Part shown: piece by piece, positions 31,447 to 41,854 of the stretch
Position numbering within the stretch: the stretch's first letter is position 1
Layout: every line of letters begins with the position of its first letter
DNA from: Pyrodictiaceae archaeon
GTDB lineage: Archaea; Thermoproteota; Thermoprotei_A; Sulfolobales; Pyrodictiaceae
Assembly: GCA_027036135.1 (NCBI GenBank)
Contig: JALVSY010000007.1
Span: 292,880-356,879 of the forward strand
Reading direction: 5' to 3'
Length of the DNA stretch: 64,000 nt
Program-made: the position numbers and the translations under genes
The notes under the pieces: generated by a model
The model's database searches: none
What the model was told of the DNA's origin: nothing
What the model saw: only the letters and a program-made list of their open reading frames with translations

Positions 31447-32343
31447 TTGTTGACCGAGGTAAGGGTCAGGATACTAGCAGCTGATAGCATGGGAGTACGC
31501 TCCATGGCTACCATAGTTGAGGCCGGCGGCGTGAAAATAGCTATTGATCCAGGTGTTAGTTACGCGCCTCGCCGATATGGGCTGCCTCCTCATCCGCGAG
31601 AGCTTGAGAGGCTCGAGGAGAAGAAAGAACTGATATACAGAGAGCTAATGGATACTGATATAATTGTTATAACCCATTACCACTACGATCACTATTTGTA
31701 CCATGATGATGAAGCCGAGTACTACAAGAACAAGATTCTCTTGATAAAGGATCCACGCCACAGCATAAACGTTAGCCAGAGGATAAGGGCCCATCGTCTT
31801 CTAAAGAAGATGGGTGTTGAGAACATTGCAAAAGATATACATATTCTTGATAACAATGTATACGAGATCGATAAGGGACTCGTAATAAGGGGGTCTCCTC
31901 CCGTCCCACACGGACCCGATGGCTCAAAGCTCGGCTACATAGCCATGGTCCTTATAGAGTGTTGCGGGGAACGAATAGTTCACGCCTCTGATGTTCAGGG
32001 GCCTATTTCTCGCAAAGCATTAGAGATTATAGCTGAGTGGCAGCCAACTATCCTAATCATTAGTGGCCCGCCAACATATTTCGCGGGGCTTAAGGTCGAA
32101 GAAGAACAGATTAGGCAAGGCCTGAATAATTTATCTCTACTGGCAGAAATAGTTGATGTACTTGTGGCGGATCACCACTTTGCACGGGATCTCAAGTATC
32201 TTAGTTACTTAGACCAGCTTAGGAAAATTAATACCCGGGTCTTATCAGCGGCAGAGTTCATGGGGCTCCCGGTTGAGCTTCTTGAAGCACAGCGTAAACT
32301 CTTATGGGAGAAAGACCCCTCTGATAATAATAGAGCATCTTGA
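31447..32343 (+). CDS. UPF0282 family MBL-fold hydrolase
   Basis: AADSMGVRSMAT, PRRYGLPPH, THYHYDH, SDVQGP and DHH motifs. Confidence 0.88.
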   Translation: MLTEVRVRILAADSMGVRSMATIVEAGGVKIAIDPGVSYAPRRYGLPPHPRELERLEEKKELIYRELMDTDIIVITHYHYDHYLYHDDEAEYYKNKILLIKDPRHSINVSQRIRAHRLLKKMGVENIAKDIHILDNNVYEIDKGLVIRGSPPVPHGPDGSKLGYIAMVLIECCGERIVHASDVQGPISRKALEIIAEWQPTILIISGPPTYFAGLKVEEEQIRQGLNNLSLLAEIVDVLVADHHFARDLKYLSYLDQLRKINTRVLSAAEFMGLPVELLEAQRKLLWEKDPSDNNRAS

Positions 32344-32941
32344 GGACCACTTTTCTCTATGGATACGGGCTGAGTATAGGCATGCTAAACAACTAGCTGG
32401 CGAGAGGCTAGTTTTCACGAATCTAGGAGAATTCCTCGCTAATGCGAGAGAGGAAAACCTCTGCCCTTGCTTCTCGGAATCGATCACCGAGTTGCAAGGA
32501 ATACTGTATAATGACCCCGGGAAAGTGATTATTCTTGACCCGCTTGCCGAGAAACTCCTTGAGCCTCAAGAGGCAGCGAATGCGGAGGCACTAGTGATTG
32601 GCGGTATACTTGGTGATAACCCGCCACGGGGTAGGACACGGCAACTCCTTACACAGAGAGCGAAGAACATGCTAGCACGTAGCCTTGGTCCGCACCAGCT
32701 GAGTATTGATGGAGCCGTCTATGTCACACTAAGAGTTGCGGAAGGCACACCTCTCGAAAAAATACCTCTTGTGCATAGACCACGCCTATACGTTGACATC
32801 GAGGGGCTCGAAGTGGAGATAGAGCTACCCTTCTCTTATCCACTAGTCAATGGCGAGCCCTTGATATCGGATGATGTTAAGGAGCTACTTGCTCGGGGGC
32901 TAGGCTACGAGGAGTACCGCGAATCGCGCGGGACTAGATAA
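32273..32941 (+). CDS. SPOUT methyltransferase, Sfm1/DUF431-like
   Basis: IIEHLE..W..EY.H, ILDP, IGGILGDNPPRGRT, LGPHQLSIDGA and LPF.Y motifs; start uncertain. Confidence 0.8.
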   Translation: MSFLKHSVNSYGRKTPLIIIEHLEDHFSLWIRAEYRHAKQLAGERLVFTNLGEFLANAREENLCPCFSESITELQGILYNDPGKVIILDPLAEKLLEPQEAANAEALVIGGILGDNPPRGRTRQLLTQRAKNMLARSLGPHQLSIDGAVYVTLRVAEGTPLEKIPLVHRPRLYVDIEGLEVEIELPFSYPLVNGEPLISDDVKELLARGLGYEEYRESRGTR

Positions 32942-33188
32942 CTGAGCCTAGGAAGTAGCCGAGGAGGAGCGCTGCAGGGCTACTGAGTATACCTGCTGTA
33001 TAGTTCTCCTTGGGGCCTAGGTACTTGCTCCAGGGCCCTACATAGACTGATACAACATAGGTTACTAGGTACACGATGGGAGCTAGCCAACACATAGTGC
33101 CTCCATATAGCCCTGCTATCATGCCGAGAACTAGGCCTATGAGCGTGCGTAGTAATGCGAGTCTTGCTCTTCTAAGCCTCTTCTCCAT
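32934..33188 (-). CDS. Small 3-TM membrane protein, EMC6/RAB5IF-like
   Basis: R..IG.V.G.IAG first helix, Y..S second helix, GI-led third helix; ATG at 33188 overlaps the rqcH end. Confidence 0.5.
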   Translation of the reverse strand: MEKRLRRARLALLRTLIGLVLGMIAGLYGGTMCWLAPIVYLVTYVVSVYVGPWSKYLGPKENYTAGILSSPAALLLGYFLGSVI

Positions 33189-35193
33189 ATATGTGCTTAA
33201 TGGGTCTCGGGTGCTCAACAGCATCGCCTCTCTGGAGTCCTAGTAGCCTTGAACGGCCTGGGATCTTCTCGCGTATGTCTTCGACACTTAGAGCACTAAT
33301 TATTTCTGCATAGCTCTCCGCGGCCCTGCTATAGGCTAGTCTCTTTATTCGCTTAGCAAGAAGAGAGGGATCCTCGTCTCCCGGGACAAGTACAGCATAG
33401 ACCACTGAGCGACGACGAACTAGTTCCTCGGGGCCAACAATTACGATAGGGGCTTCGTTTTCCACGCCTATACCTATTGCAAGGCGTAGCTCTATTCCTC
33501 TGATATAGTTACGTTTACCATAAACCATGAACGCTCCCTTAGTTATATACTCGCCGGGCGGGGGAGACTTTGATACCTGGCTACCCCACACCCAGTACAC
33601 ATCTACACTCCCAATACCAGTCTTCCACGCCTTGGAGTAAGCAGCTGTAAGGAGAGCTGCCTCCCTTAGATCGGTCTCTGGGGGCTCCTCTCCCTCATTA
33701 AATAATACCACTGCTGGAGCACCACGTATATCGGCGTGCATGAATATTCGCTTACTCGTCAAGTACCTCTTAACAATCGACTCGTTCTGATCCGCGTCTC
33801 TACCACCTATGGCCAAATAACCATGGCTCGTGACTAGCCAATGATACTTCTCGTACCATTCACGGCGCCTAATCCTCGCCCTAGCCCTAGCCTTCACCTT
33901 TTCTTGTTCCTTCTCTAGGTTTCTTAGCTTCTCCTCGAGCTCTCTGAGGGCCTTTGTACCTCTCTCGATTTTCGCTCTTAGCTCTCCTATGCGCTTATAG
34001 AGATCCACTATTAATTGACTAGGATCTTTCCGAATATCGATGTCTACTAGTTCGCCGCCAATGCTTAGGACTATTTTACCCTCAGAGGGCTTTACATCAA
34101 CAACTCCCGGGCAGTTACCAATTATATAGTCCCATCCACTTTGTCTGCGTACACGATTAGCGCACTCAAGTGCCTCGTAGACGAGCTGGATATTCTCTGC
34201 TATCATCTGCGCTCTCTTCTCAAGAACTGAGACCTTCTCGAAAAGCTGGCTGAGATTTCGCTTGGCCTGCTCTATTGATGTAAGGAGCTTTGCTCGCTCA
34301 GCCGCTATCAGTGCTGCTCTCTTATTTTCCTCCTCGCCGCGAAGTGGCTCAATAAAGTACTCGTCAAGAGCTTCACTAAGGTTTCCAAACTCCCTAACAG
34401 AGAAACCATAGCCACGCTGAAGTCCAATAGGCTTAAACGGAGTCACTGTTAACGGCTCGTTGCCGAGAACCATGTAGCCGCGGGCTTCTAGGCTTTCACG
34501 ATATAGCTGCTTAAATGTATCTACGATATCACGGGTTCGGTCTATGAGTTGTTCGCAAGTAGCAGAGCCCGGCTCGATACCTATGCGTAGGAGAGCTTCC
34601 TCTACGGCTTCACCTGGATACCCAAGCTCTCTCACTATACTCCTAACAGGATCACACCCACTACTGCCAAGAATCTTTGATAATATGGCCTCTTCCAGTT
34701 CTAGAGGATGAATACTTCTACTAGGTGGTGCTACATACTTAGAGCCGCGCCTAATTTCGCGGTCACGCAGCTTCATGGTTGAACTAGTCTGTATTATAGT
34801 ATCTTCTGCATCTAGAAGCGCAAGGATTCCCCGAGGCAGTAACTCAACTACAGCGCTGAATACTTCACCACGATGACGAAACTCCATCCTAACTATTCTA
34901 TCAAAACCTAGTTGTTCCGCATGGTCAAAGATAGCGCCACGTAGATACTTACGCAGCCCCATAACGAATGGAGGCGGCATACCTTTTTCAGACACATCAT
35001 ACTTAGTGAAATGGAGTCTCTCGCCCGGCACGACTATTAGTCTCGCATCAATACCTACTGATTTGAATCGGAATAAGAAACCATTCTCATAAGCATATAT
35101 ATTGTATAAACGACTGCCCTTTATTCTAGCATTAATCTCACTTACCACGGCAACTACGTCGTAACTTGTCATACTTTTCTTAGGCTTAATCAC
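33172..35193 (-). CDS. rqcH: Ribosome rescue protein RqcH (NFACT family)
   Basis: KKSMTSYD, F.MGLRKYL, FDRI, WYEKYHW, GGRDADQNE, HAD..GA and GAFMVYGKRNY motifs; likely GTG start at 35193. Confidence 0.93.
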   Translation of the reverse strand: MIKPKKSMTSYDVVAVVSEINARIKGSRLYNIYAYENGFLFRFKSVGIDARLIVVPGERLHFTKYDVSEKGMPPPFVMGLRKYLRGAIFDHAEQLGFDRIVRMEFRHRGEVFSAVVELLPRGILALLDAEDTIIQTSSTMKLRDREIRRGSKYVAPPSRSIHPLELEEAILSKILGSSGCDPVRSIVRELGYPGEAVEEALLRIGIEPGSATCEQLIDRTRDIVDTFKQLYRESLEARGYMVLGNEPLTVTPFKPIGLQRGYGFSVREFGNLSEALDEYFIEPLRGEEENKRAALIAAERAKLLTSIEQAKRNLSQLFEKVSVLEKRAQMIAENIQLVYEALECANRVRRQSGWDYIIGNCPGVVDVKPSEGKIVLSIGGELVDIDIRKDPSQLIVDLYKRIGELRAKIERGTKALRELEEKLRNLEKEQEKVKARARARIRRREWYEKYHWLVTSHGYLAIGGRDADQNESIVKRYLTSKRIFMHADIRGAPAVVLFNEGEEPPETDLREAALLTAAYSKAWKTGIGSVDVYWVWGSQVSKSPPPGEYITKGAFMVYGKRNYIRGIELRLAIGIGVENEAPIVIVGPEELVRRRSVVYAVLVPGDEDPSLLAKRIKRLAYSRAAESYAEIISALSVEDIREKIPGRSRLLGLQRGDAVEHPRPIKHIYGEEA

Positions 35194-35334
35194 TGCTAAA
35201 ACCCTTTTCCATACTATTGTACAAAACATTAATGCTAAGCATAATTATTTGTAACTTTAAGCAAGAAGATATTATTAATCTCTCAAGACACATAATTGAC
35301 AAAAATGCCTTCTAAATATACTGAATATACTGCT

Positions 35335-35571
35335 TTACTTCTTCGCCTTTATTAAGTAAATGGATGCTCTCCTGTTGGGCGAATAGAGTTCTATTAACCC
35401 CTCAGCCTCTAACCGCCTTAAGACTCGCTTGGCTAAGCTCAGTGTCATACTATACTTCTCTGCAAGAATATATGGGGTTAAGTATTTCTCTCTACGTATC
35501 TCTCGTACAATTCTCTTGTAGAGATCCTCTGGCACGAATGCTGTATATTCTCTCCCGGCGCGCTCTGCCAA
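35335..35571 (-). CDS. rps25e: Ribosomal protein eS25 (S25e), short form
   Basis: REIRREKYLTPYILAEKYSMTLSLAKRVLRRL..GLI...NRR..IY; likely TTG start at 35571. Confidence 0.8.
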   Translation of the reverse strand: MAERAGREYTAFVPEDLYKRIVREIRREKYLTPYILAEKYSMTLSLAKRVLRRLEAEGLIELYSPNRRASIYLIKAKK

Positions 35572-35721
35572 GCACAGCACCCGAGAGTAAAAGGCGCTTC
35601 TAGCCCCTATTCTTAAAAGTAATGCGCCTATAGCACGATAGGGATAAACAATTGCTAGCAACTAGTTAAAAACTAATCAAAAATAATATAATATTTAAAT
35701 AGGCGGGTAAAATATTTTTAT

Positions 35722-35955
35722 CTAGCCCTCGGCTGTTTTCTCGCCCTCCTCGGTGAGCTTATAGACTCCTTCCTCGACTTTTTCTACGAGGCCAAGTCGT
35801 CTAAGTTTCCTCATCTTTGCAGCAACCCTTCTAGCATCGAGACCGGCTTTAGCCGCTATTTCTTTGGGTCTTGCTGGTTTTCCTAGTTCCTTCATTGCTT
35901 TGAGAATAGCCATGTCTATCTCGTCAAGCTCTGATCCAAGAGCCATGGGTCTCAC
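35722..35955 (-). CDS. Small winged-helix DNA-binding protein
   Basis: ILKAM..RPKEIA..GL..V...L..GLVEK..G.YKLT.EG pattern. Confidence 0.8.
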   Translation of the reverse strand: MRPMALGSELDEIDMAILKAMKELGKPARPKEIAAKAGLDARRVAAKMRKLRRLGLVEKVEEGVYKLTEEGEKTAEG

Positions 35956-36131
35956 CCCTCCTTACTACTGGAACTCTTAGCCCTCATTTAGTATATTATA
36001 TAACTAGAAACATAGAGGCTCCAGGTTTTAAGCATTTATTAATAAGTTACTATTATCTACTAAATATATCCTTATACGCTTAACAAAACTTTATAAAAAA
36101 ATATATCATAAATTTCTAAATTTAGAATTAT

Positions 36132-37244
36132 CTAATTATTTTTAGCACTAGTTTTCTCCTTTCGCGCAATTTTCCTTAGGTTGCGATAGTAGGCTTGCAG
36201 GGGACTACGTGTACCACAATCAGCTTTACAAATACCGAGCGTTTTCATTTTTTCACAGCTGTATACAAGGTATTTCTTTCCAGAGCCACGTAGTCCTGCT
36301 AGGTGCTCGACTTGATAACGCGTTATTTTCTCGTTAAAATCCGGCATGTTTCTAAACAAGTCTACAACACTATCGATCTCTGCACCTATGTTTAGCATAA
36401 AAGTTGCTAATGCGAATCGCTCGTGATGGCTAAGGTTCTCTCCTCTTCTAGCCCGTTCAACCAGATCCGCTATACAGGGAGGGAATGCTTCCTCTACTAT
36501 GACTCCCTTAGGTATGACTGTTTTTCCTCTATTGGTAAACCTTGGCTTACGCGATTCGGATAAGACTTTCTTTATTTTCTCTATCAGCTTATTGAGGGGC
36601 TCGTTCAGCTCTTGAGGTACCTCGCTAGACAAGCTACTTACTTGTTTCTCGATAAATATCGTTAGTGCTTCTTTAACTACTCTTAGAACTTGATTCTTTT
36701 TCAAATATATGAACCCTCTTAGAACCGGCATATTTATTGGTTTCCATGCTGGATCTCCTAGGAGTCTTTTTGCGACTTGAACGTATTCTACAAAGGTCAT
36801 AGAGAAGTCAAATACATTATAAACAATAACGCCGCGAACAATGGCAACAGGTTCGCGATATAGTGCTTTTTTATAAACAAGACTGCGTAGCCCCACATGT
36901 CTAGCTATAGCCGCAATGACCTCATCTGGTTCATCTCTCATGAAGCTATGTGCACGCTCTGCTTCGCTGAGAGCCAAGCGTGAAATAAGCCATCTATCAC
37001 TAATTAGGGACGAGGCCAGTGACGCGAGATAATACGAGAGAACCTCTTCTTCAACGCTTGGGGCCGGTTTAGGTACTCTACCCCTACTGATAACGCTTTC
37101 TATACGTTTCAATGCATTCTCAACTATACCTTGCTTTAGCTTTATGACTTGGTGAGGAAGAAGACCATACTTACGAGTAGCTATTTCCTCGGGGTCCGCG
37201 AGGAAGGGGTAAAGCCTAAGATCTATTATCGCGGCTTGTGGCAA
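36132..37244 (-). CDS. priL: DNA primase large subunit
   Basis: YPFL, FPPCI, NLSHHERF, PDFNEKITRYQVEHLAG, YSC..C..C Fe-S motifs; ORF is open to 37406, so the start is uncertain. Confidence 0.92.
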   Translation of the reverse strand: MPQAAIIDLRLYPFLADPEEIATRKYGLLPHQVIKLKQGIVENALKRIESVISRGRVPKPAPSVEEEVLSYYLASLASSLISDRWLISRLALSEAERAHSFMRDEPDEVIAAIARHVGLRSLVYKKALYREPVAIVRGVIVYNVFDFSMTFVEYVQVAKRLLGDPAWKPINMPVLRGFIYLKKNQVLRVVKEALTIFIEKQVSSLSSEVPQELNEPLNKLIEKIKKVLSESRKPRFTNRGKTVIPKGVIVEEAFPPCIADLVERARRGENLSHHERFALATFMLNIGAEIDSVVDLFRNMPDFNEKITRYQVEHLAGLRGSGKKYLVYSCEKMKTLGICKADCGTRSPLQAYYRNLRKIARKEKTSAKNN

Positions 37245-37390
37245 GACCTTATCAACCGCCTTAGGCCCTATTAGGTAAACACAGCACACCCCTTGAGAAG
37301 CATTACTCGAGGTAATAGCGTAAATAGGGTTTGGGCAAATTAGGCAAGAAAGATCCTGGAGGGGCCTGGTAAGCAAATAGGGTTGTTGCG

Positions 37391-38200
37391 ATGAGTGAAG
37401 AGCCACATATACATGTACTCCATAATCCCGGCATCAATGAAGCAGCTAGACAGATAACGCAGGGAGTTGCACAGAGAGACTTCATAATTATACTGACAAG
37501 GTGTAGCGTAGAGTATGAAGGAAGGGGGGCGAGCAAGCTTGGCTCAGGTGATCGCCTTATAATAGTAAAGCCTGATGGAGCTGTACTCGTTCATAGACCT
37601 ACGGGATATTCTCCTGTAAACTGGCAACCAGAGAGTCATGTCATTAACGTAGATGTTTTGAAAGATGCCGTGGTGCTGCGAAGCGTGAGACGAAGGCCTA
37701 AGGAGATACTAGTAATTAGGCTAGAGCAAGTATACCTCCTCGTTAGAGCTAAGGGGCTTACCGATAAAGCCGAGTTTATAGAGTACATGGACGAGGCCGA
37801 GATATCTGATTACATAGCTCGGCACCCCGAGGTAGTTGAACAGGGACTTCAGATTATTTCGCGCGAGCGAAGAGTAGGCGAGGGATACGTAGACATACTA
37901 GCAAGGGATAAGGATAACAATTATGTCATTATTGAGGTGAAACGCGTCACAGCAAACGAGGATGCAGTTAAACAACTCTATAGCTACATAGAGGAACTCC
38001 GAAAAGCCAATCCCGAGGCACCTATCCGGGGCATACTCGTTGCCCCGTCCATAACAAAGGACGCACTTATTCTCCTAAACAGCCTTGGCCTAGAGTACAA
38101 GCAAATAGACCCAGCAAGGCTTCATAGGGAAGCAAAGAAAGAGAAGCACAGTAGATATTCACGTTCACTACTCGAATATCTAGAAAGAAAGAAGGGCTAA
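37391..38200 (+). CDS. nucS: Endonuclease NucS/EndoMS
   Basis: YEGRGAS, KPDGAVLVH, PVNWQP, DILARD..EVK..QL..Y; C-terminal PIP-like SLLEYL. Confidence 0.94.
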   Translation: MSEEPHIHVLHNPGINEAARQITQGVAQRDFIIILTRCSVEYEGRGASKLGSGDRLIIVKPDGAVLVHRPTGYSPVNWQPESHVINVDVLKDAVVLRSVRRRPKEILVIRLEQVYLLVRAKGLTDKAEFIEYMDEAEISDYIARHPEVVEQGLQIISRERRVGEGYVDILARDKDNNYVIIEVKRVTANEDAVKQLYSYIEELRKANPEAPIRGILVAPSITKDALILLNSLGLEYKQIDPARLHREAKKEKHSRYSRSLLEYLERKKG

Positions 38201-40008
38201 GGCGAGAGCGACGGCGCCGCGCTAATAAAGCTTGGGGCAGCTTTTATCGATAGTATAAGCGATACTAGTGTGAGCATCGTTAACAGGGATGCATGCAGGA
38301 ATCCCGACGCAACGCTTTGATCCTGTATCTTCCCTGCAACTATGCCACTAAGCCACGCATTCACTATCGAGCCTACAGAAGCTATTAGAAGTAGCTCGTT
38401 AATTGTCTGAGCCGATATACGTGTATGAAACGCTGCACCCCCTATACCGATACTGCTAAGTGATTGAGACAGCATTAACAGGGTCAGTACACTTGAGACT
38501 GCTACAAGTACAGCCCCAAAATAGGGCATAACTATGTAGGGACGCAACCTTCTTCTTAGCGACTCTTGTATGTCTATAAGGCTCGTAATGAATCTCGCGA
38601 TAGCATCGATAGTTGTGGCCGATCCTCCGCCAACATCTATTGCGTCAACAAGGAATCTCATACTGACTCTGAGGATCCAATTAGTGTAGCCACGCAGCGC
38701 TCTGCGAGCTGCTCGCTCAATGTGTAGGCCAACCGATACCGCACCAGCTATCTTCTTAATTATATCGGTTAGCCGGCCATAGTTACGTCGTGATAAAACA
38801 ATTAGGCTTTTCTCAGGGCTAAGACCAGTCCTTCTGATCTCCGAGAGATCACGGAAGAACGATGCCAATGCTCTTACAATTGCTCGTTCCCTCCTAACGC
38901 GCTGAAGGAAAACTAAGCCCGGTATGACTGATACTATGAAAAGGCCTAGCCCGACAATGGTTGATAACTCTATTACAGTGCTCCGGGTTATTTTCCCACT
39001 CGTAAGTGCCGATAACGCGCCAGTAAGGCTGAGAAGCACTCCTATAATTATGAGACCCGCTGTGGCCGATATTAATAAGTATGCATAGGGTTCACGTATA
39101 CGTTCTTGACCTGGTATGAGGCTATCAAGCATAGATATTATTGCAGCTGTTAGCGCCGGTAAAACGATAAAGGTGTATAACAGTATGCCATTAATGCCGG
39201 CAAAGCCTCCACTACCTATTATACCGCTAATTACGAAGAATATGTAAAAGGAGAGCGTGCCAAGTATTGCTACAGCTGCGTATGCCTCGACCACTAGTCC
39301 TACTCTTTCAGCCCTACTACGTAGATCCTCCATTCTTGCCTGGAAAAGTTCCTGCGTTCTTATCTCAAGAAAGTGCCGAATATCGCCACCGGTCCTAATT
39401 GTTGTAAGGTACCCGAGCATGAAGTCACGATACATTCGTGAAGGATGTGAAGCAGCGTTTCTCTCTAGCGCTGATAATATGTCCTTACCAAATATCTTGA
39501 CGTCGCGAAGAATGCGAAGAGCTTCCTCACGTAGTGCTTTGAATACACGAAGTTCTGCAAGCCTCTCTATGACCTTCTCCGGAGCCACGCCCGCATAAGC
39601 CATAGCAGTCATATAGGCAGCGAAGAAGGGAAACTCGTTATCAACGGCGTTGGCGCGTGAAGATGCCTTAGCACTTGGATAAGATATACCAATACCAAAT
39701 ACGATAAGAGGGGCAAATACTGTGACAAGAATTGCGAGAACCTTAATGATTATCGGAGAGGGCACGATGAACACAATAATAGAGATTATGCCGAAAATTA
39801 AGCCTATGAGCAGCATAATGAAGAGAAGACGCGAAACATATAGAACTGGGTAAATATTCATTCCAGCTCTTTCGATGCTCTCGTCAAGCCGGAATTTCTT
39901 TACTAGTTGCTCGGCTCTTCTCCTAAATAATAGTATTGCAAGACTGTCTATAATCAATGATGGCGATAGGCTACGTGTGTTAGATTTCTTGTTGCTCAGT
40001 AACGCCAA
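38197..40008 (-). CDS. Type II secretion/type IV pilus platform membrane protein (TadC/AapF-like, duplicated T2SS-F domain)
   Basis: Two T2SSF-like domains (EFPFFAAYM..GKDILSAL; FFRDLSE..TGLSPE) separated by TM helices. Confidence 0.9.
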   Translation of the reverse strand: MALLSNKKSNTRSLSPSLIIDSLAILLFRRRAEQLVKKFRLDESIERAGMNIYPVLYVSRLLFIMLLIGLIFGIISIIVFIVPSPIIIKVLAILVTVFAPLIVFGIGISYPSAKASSRANAVDNEFPFFAAYMTAMAYAGVAPEKVIERLAELRVFKALREEALRILRDVKIFGKDILSALERNAASHPSRMYRDFMLGYLTTIRTGGDIRHFLEIRTQELFQARMEDLRSRAERVGLVVEAYAAVAILGTLSFYIFFVISGIIGSGGFAGINGILLYTFIVLPALTAAIISMLDSLIPGQERIREPYAYLLISATAGLIIIGVLLSLTGALSALTSGKITRSTVIELSTIVGLGLFIVSVIPGLVFLQRVRRERAIVRALASFFRDLSEIRRTGLSPEKSLIVLSRRNYGRLTDIIKKIAGAVSVGLHIERAARRALRGYTNWILRVSMRFLVDAIDVGGGSATTIDAIARFITSLIDIQESLRRRLRPYIVMPYFGAVLVAVSSVLTLLMLSQSLSSIGIGGAAFHTRISAQTINELLLIASVGSIVNAWLSGIVAGKIQDQSVASGFLHASLLTMLTLVSLILSIKAAPSFISAAPSLSP

Positions 40009-40042
40009 CAGAGTTCACCGCTACTGATCTAGGGATGAACCG

Positions 40043-41677
40043 TTATGCTGGCCTCAGCTTGAGCTCTGATACAACTTTTTGGTAAATCCTTTCAGAATCC
40101 AAATAGTACTCCCGGATTATTTGTGCTACTTCCTTATAGCTTCTTAGGCGCTTAAGCTTCATCCACTCCATGATAATTGTTCTTCTGTCAAGCTCCTCTA
40201 TTATTTTATCCATGTCCCAGCCTCTTAGCTCTGTAATAAGTTCAAGTAGCTTACTAGCCTTCAGGTTTATTTCATGCTCATCTGTTCTAGGGTTCCACTT
40301 ATGAATTTCTATATAGTTATCATAGTCAGCTATTTCCCATGTATTGGTTATTCTACGAGTCACAGTACTTCTACCCGTACGACTATCCACTATCTCTACA
40401 CGTCTTATTAATGCCGCGAAATTCATGAGCGGAATATAACCCTTTGGTATATTCATCGGCGGGCTTGTAAGCCTCTTCACTGCGGCATCGATGTTTTCAG
40501 CGTGCAGAGTCGTCATACCACCATGTCCCGTAGCCATTGCTTGGAACAATACATATGCTTCCTCGCCACGAACCTCGCCAACCACTATTATGTCCGGCCT
40601 ATAGCGCAGACTTATCTTAACGAGATCGAATAACGTGATCTCTCCAATACGTTCACCGCTAAGCCCGTAACTCATTCTGGGCGTAAGCTGTACCCAGTTC
40701 TCCAAGGGAAGACGAAGCTCCGGGGTATCCTCTATGGTCACTACCTTAACTGATGGCTTAAGCATTGTTAGTAGCGCATTAAGTGTAGTCGTTTTACCAG
40801 AACCAGTTACGCCCATAACCATACCAGGACGTTTATGCTCCATAAGAAGCCAGTAATAGGCTGCCAGTCGTGGACTAAGGGTACCGAAATCGAGTAAGTC
40901 AACTATTGTTAAAGGCTCCTCACGGAACTTTCTAATGGTAAAGCTTGAGCCGCTAGTAGATACCTCGCGCCGATAAGTAGCAGCGAGGCGATGACCACCA
41001 GGCAGTATTGCATCTACAACTGGGAATGCTACCGAGATATGCTTTCCCGCCATATGAGCGAGCTTAACAACTAGATTGTCGAGCTCGTCTTCATCCTGGA
41101 ACACTAGAGATGTAGGTATATACTCGTACCGAGTATGCCAAACATATACAGGCTTACGAACTCCACTACACGATATATCCTCGACGAACGGATCCCTCAT
41201 TAACGGGTCTATAGGCCCGAAGCCAACCGAGTCTCTAAGCACATAGTACAGTATCTTGCCCCAGGAGATACCAGGTGTCCGTCCCATTCTTATCTGAAAG
41301 GTCTTGACTATTCGCTTAGCTTGTGCGGTAAAATATGGTATAACCTCTTTATCGGAAGGAGGAGGCTCAAGTTCCCAATAAAGTATGTCCATTATCTGCT
41401 TATAGGTTTGTTTCTCGCGAGGTGTCAGTGGAATCTCATCTATATAGTAAAGGATTTCGCCTGTAACCTTGTGTTGTAGTATACGAGCATAGGCCCAAGG
41501 CTCGTAGAGAGGATACGACTCCACCTCCTTAAAGTCCCTATAGCTCTTAAAGACTATTGCTTTACGCTCTTCGATTGGGGGTATCTCGCTCTCTATACTC
41601 TCCTTTGTTTTTCTCGCCCGTTTCCTGCGCATACTTATACCTTTTATCCTTATTGATGGAAGCTTAATCACGAACAA
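40043..41677 (-). CDS. Type II/IV secretion ATPase (TadA/AapE-like)
   Basis: DPFVEDISC, FTIRKF, GVTGSGKTT, IEDTPEL, RYRPD..VGEVRGEEA and TGHGGMTTLHA motifs. Confidence 0.95.
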   Translation of the reverse strand: MFVIKLPSIRIKGISMRRKRARKTKESIESEIPPIEERKAIVFKSYRDFKEVESYPLYEPWAYARILQHKVTGEILYYIDEIPLTPREKQTYKQIMDILYWELEPPPSDKEVIPYFTAQAKRIVKTFQIRMGRTPGISWGKILYYVLRDSVGFGPIDPLMRDPFVEDISCSGVRKPVYVWHTRYEYIPTSLVFQDEDELDNLVVKLAHMAGKHISVAFPVVDAILPGGHRLAATYRREVSTSGSSFTIRKFREEPLTIVDLLDFGTLSPRLAAYYWLLMEHKRPGMVMGVTGSGKTTTLNALLTMLKPSVKVVTIEDTPELRLPLENWVQLTPRMSYGLSGERIGEITLFDLVKISLRYRPDIIVVGEVRGEEAYVLFQAMATGHGGMTTLHAENIDAAVKRLTSPPMNIPKGYIPLMNFAALIRRVEIVDSRTGRSTVTRRITNTWEIADYDNYIEIHKWNPRTDEHEINLKASKLLELITELRGWDMDKIIEELDRRTIIMEWMKLKRLRSYKEVAQIIREYYLDSERIYQKVVSELKLRPA

Positions 41678-41854
41678 ACCCCTTACAGATTTCTTCTCAC
41701 TATCCCATAGGCTGGAACACTAAGCATCAACACGATAAATAATGAGCGTTGCTTATTTTCGTCCTTTAGGGTTTCCTCATTCCCCCGATGCTAAGTACTG
41801 CATCTCCAATAATCTTTAAAACTTTTCAGTAACAGAGCCCATAATTCAAGGAGA

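Noticed and set aside
35960-36130. AT-rich intergenic region as a replication origin
   Set aside because: No repeated ORB elements or cdc6 gene nearby; consistent with a promoter and terminator
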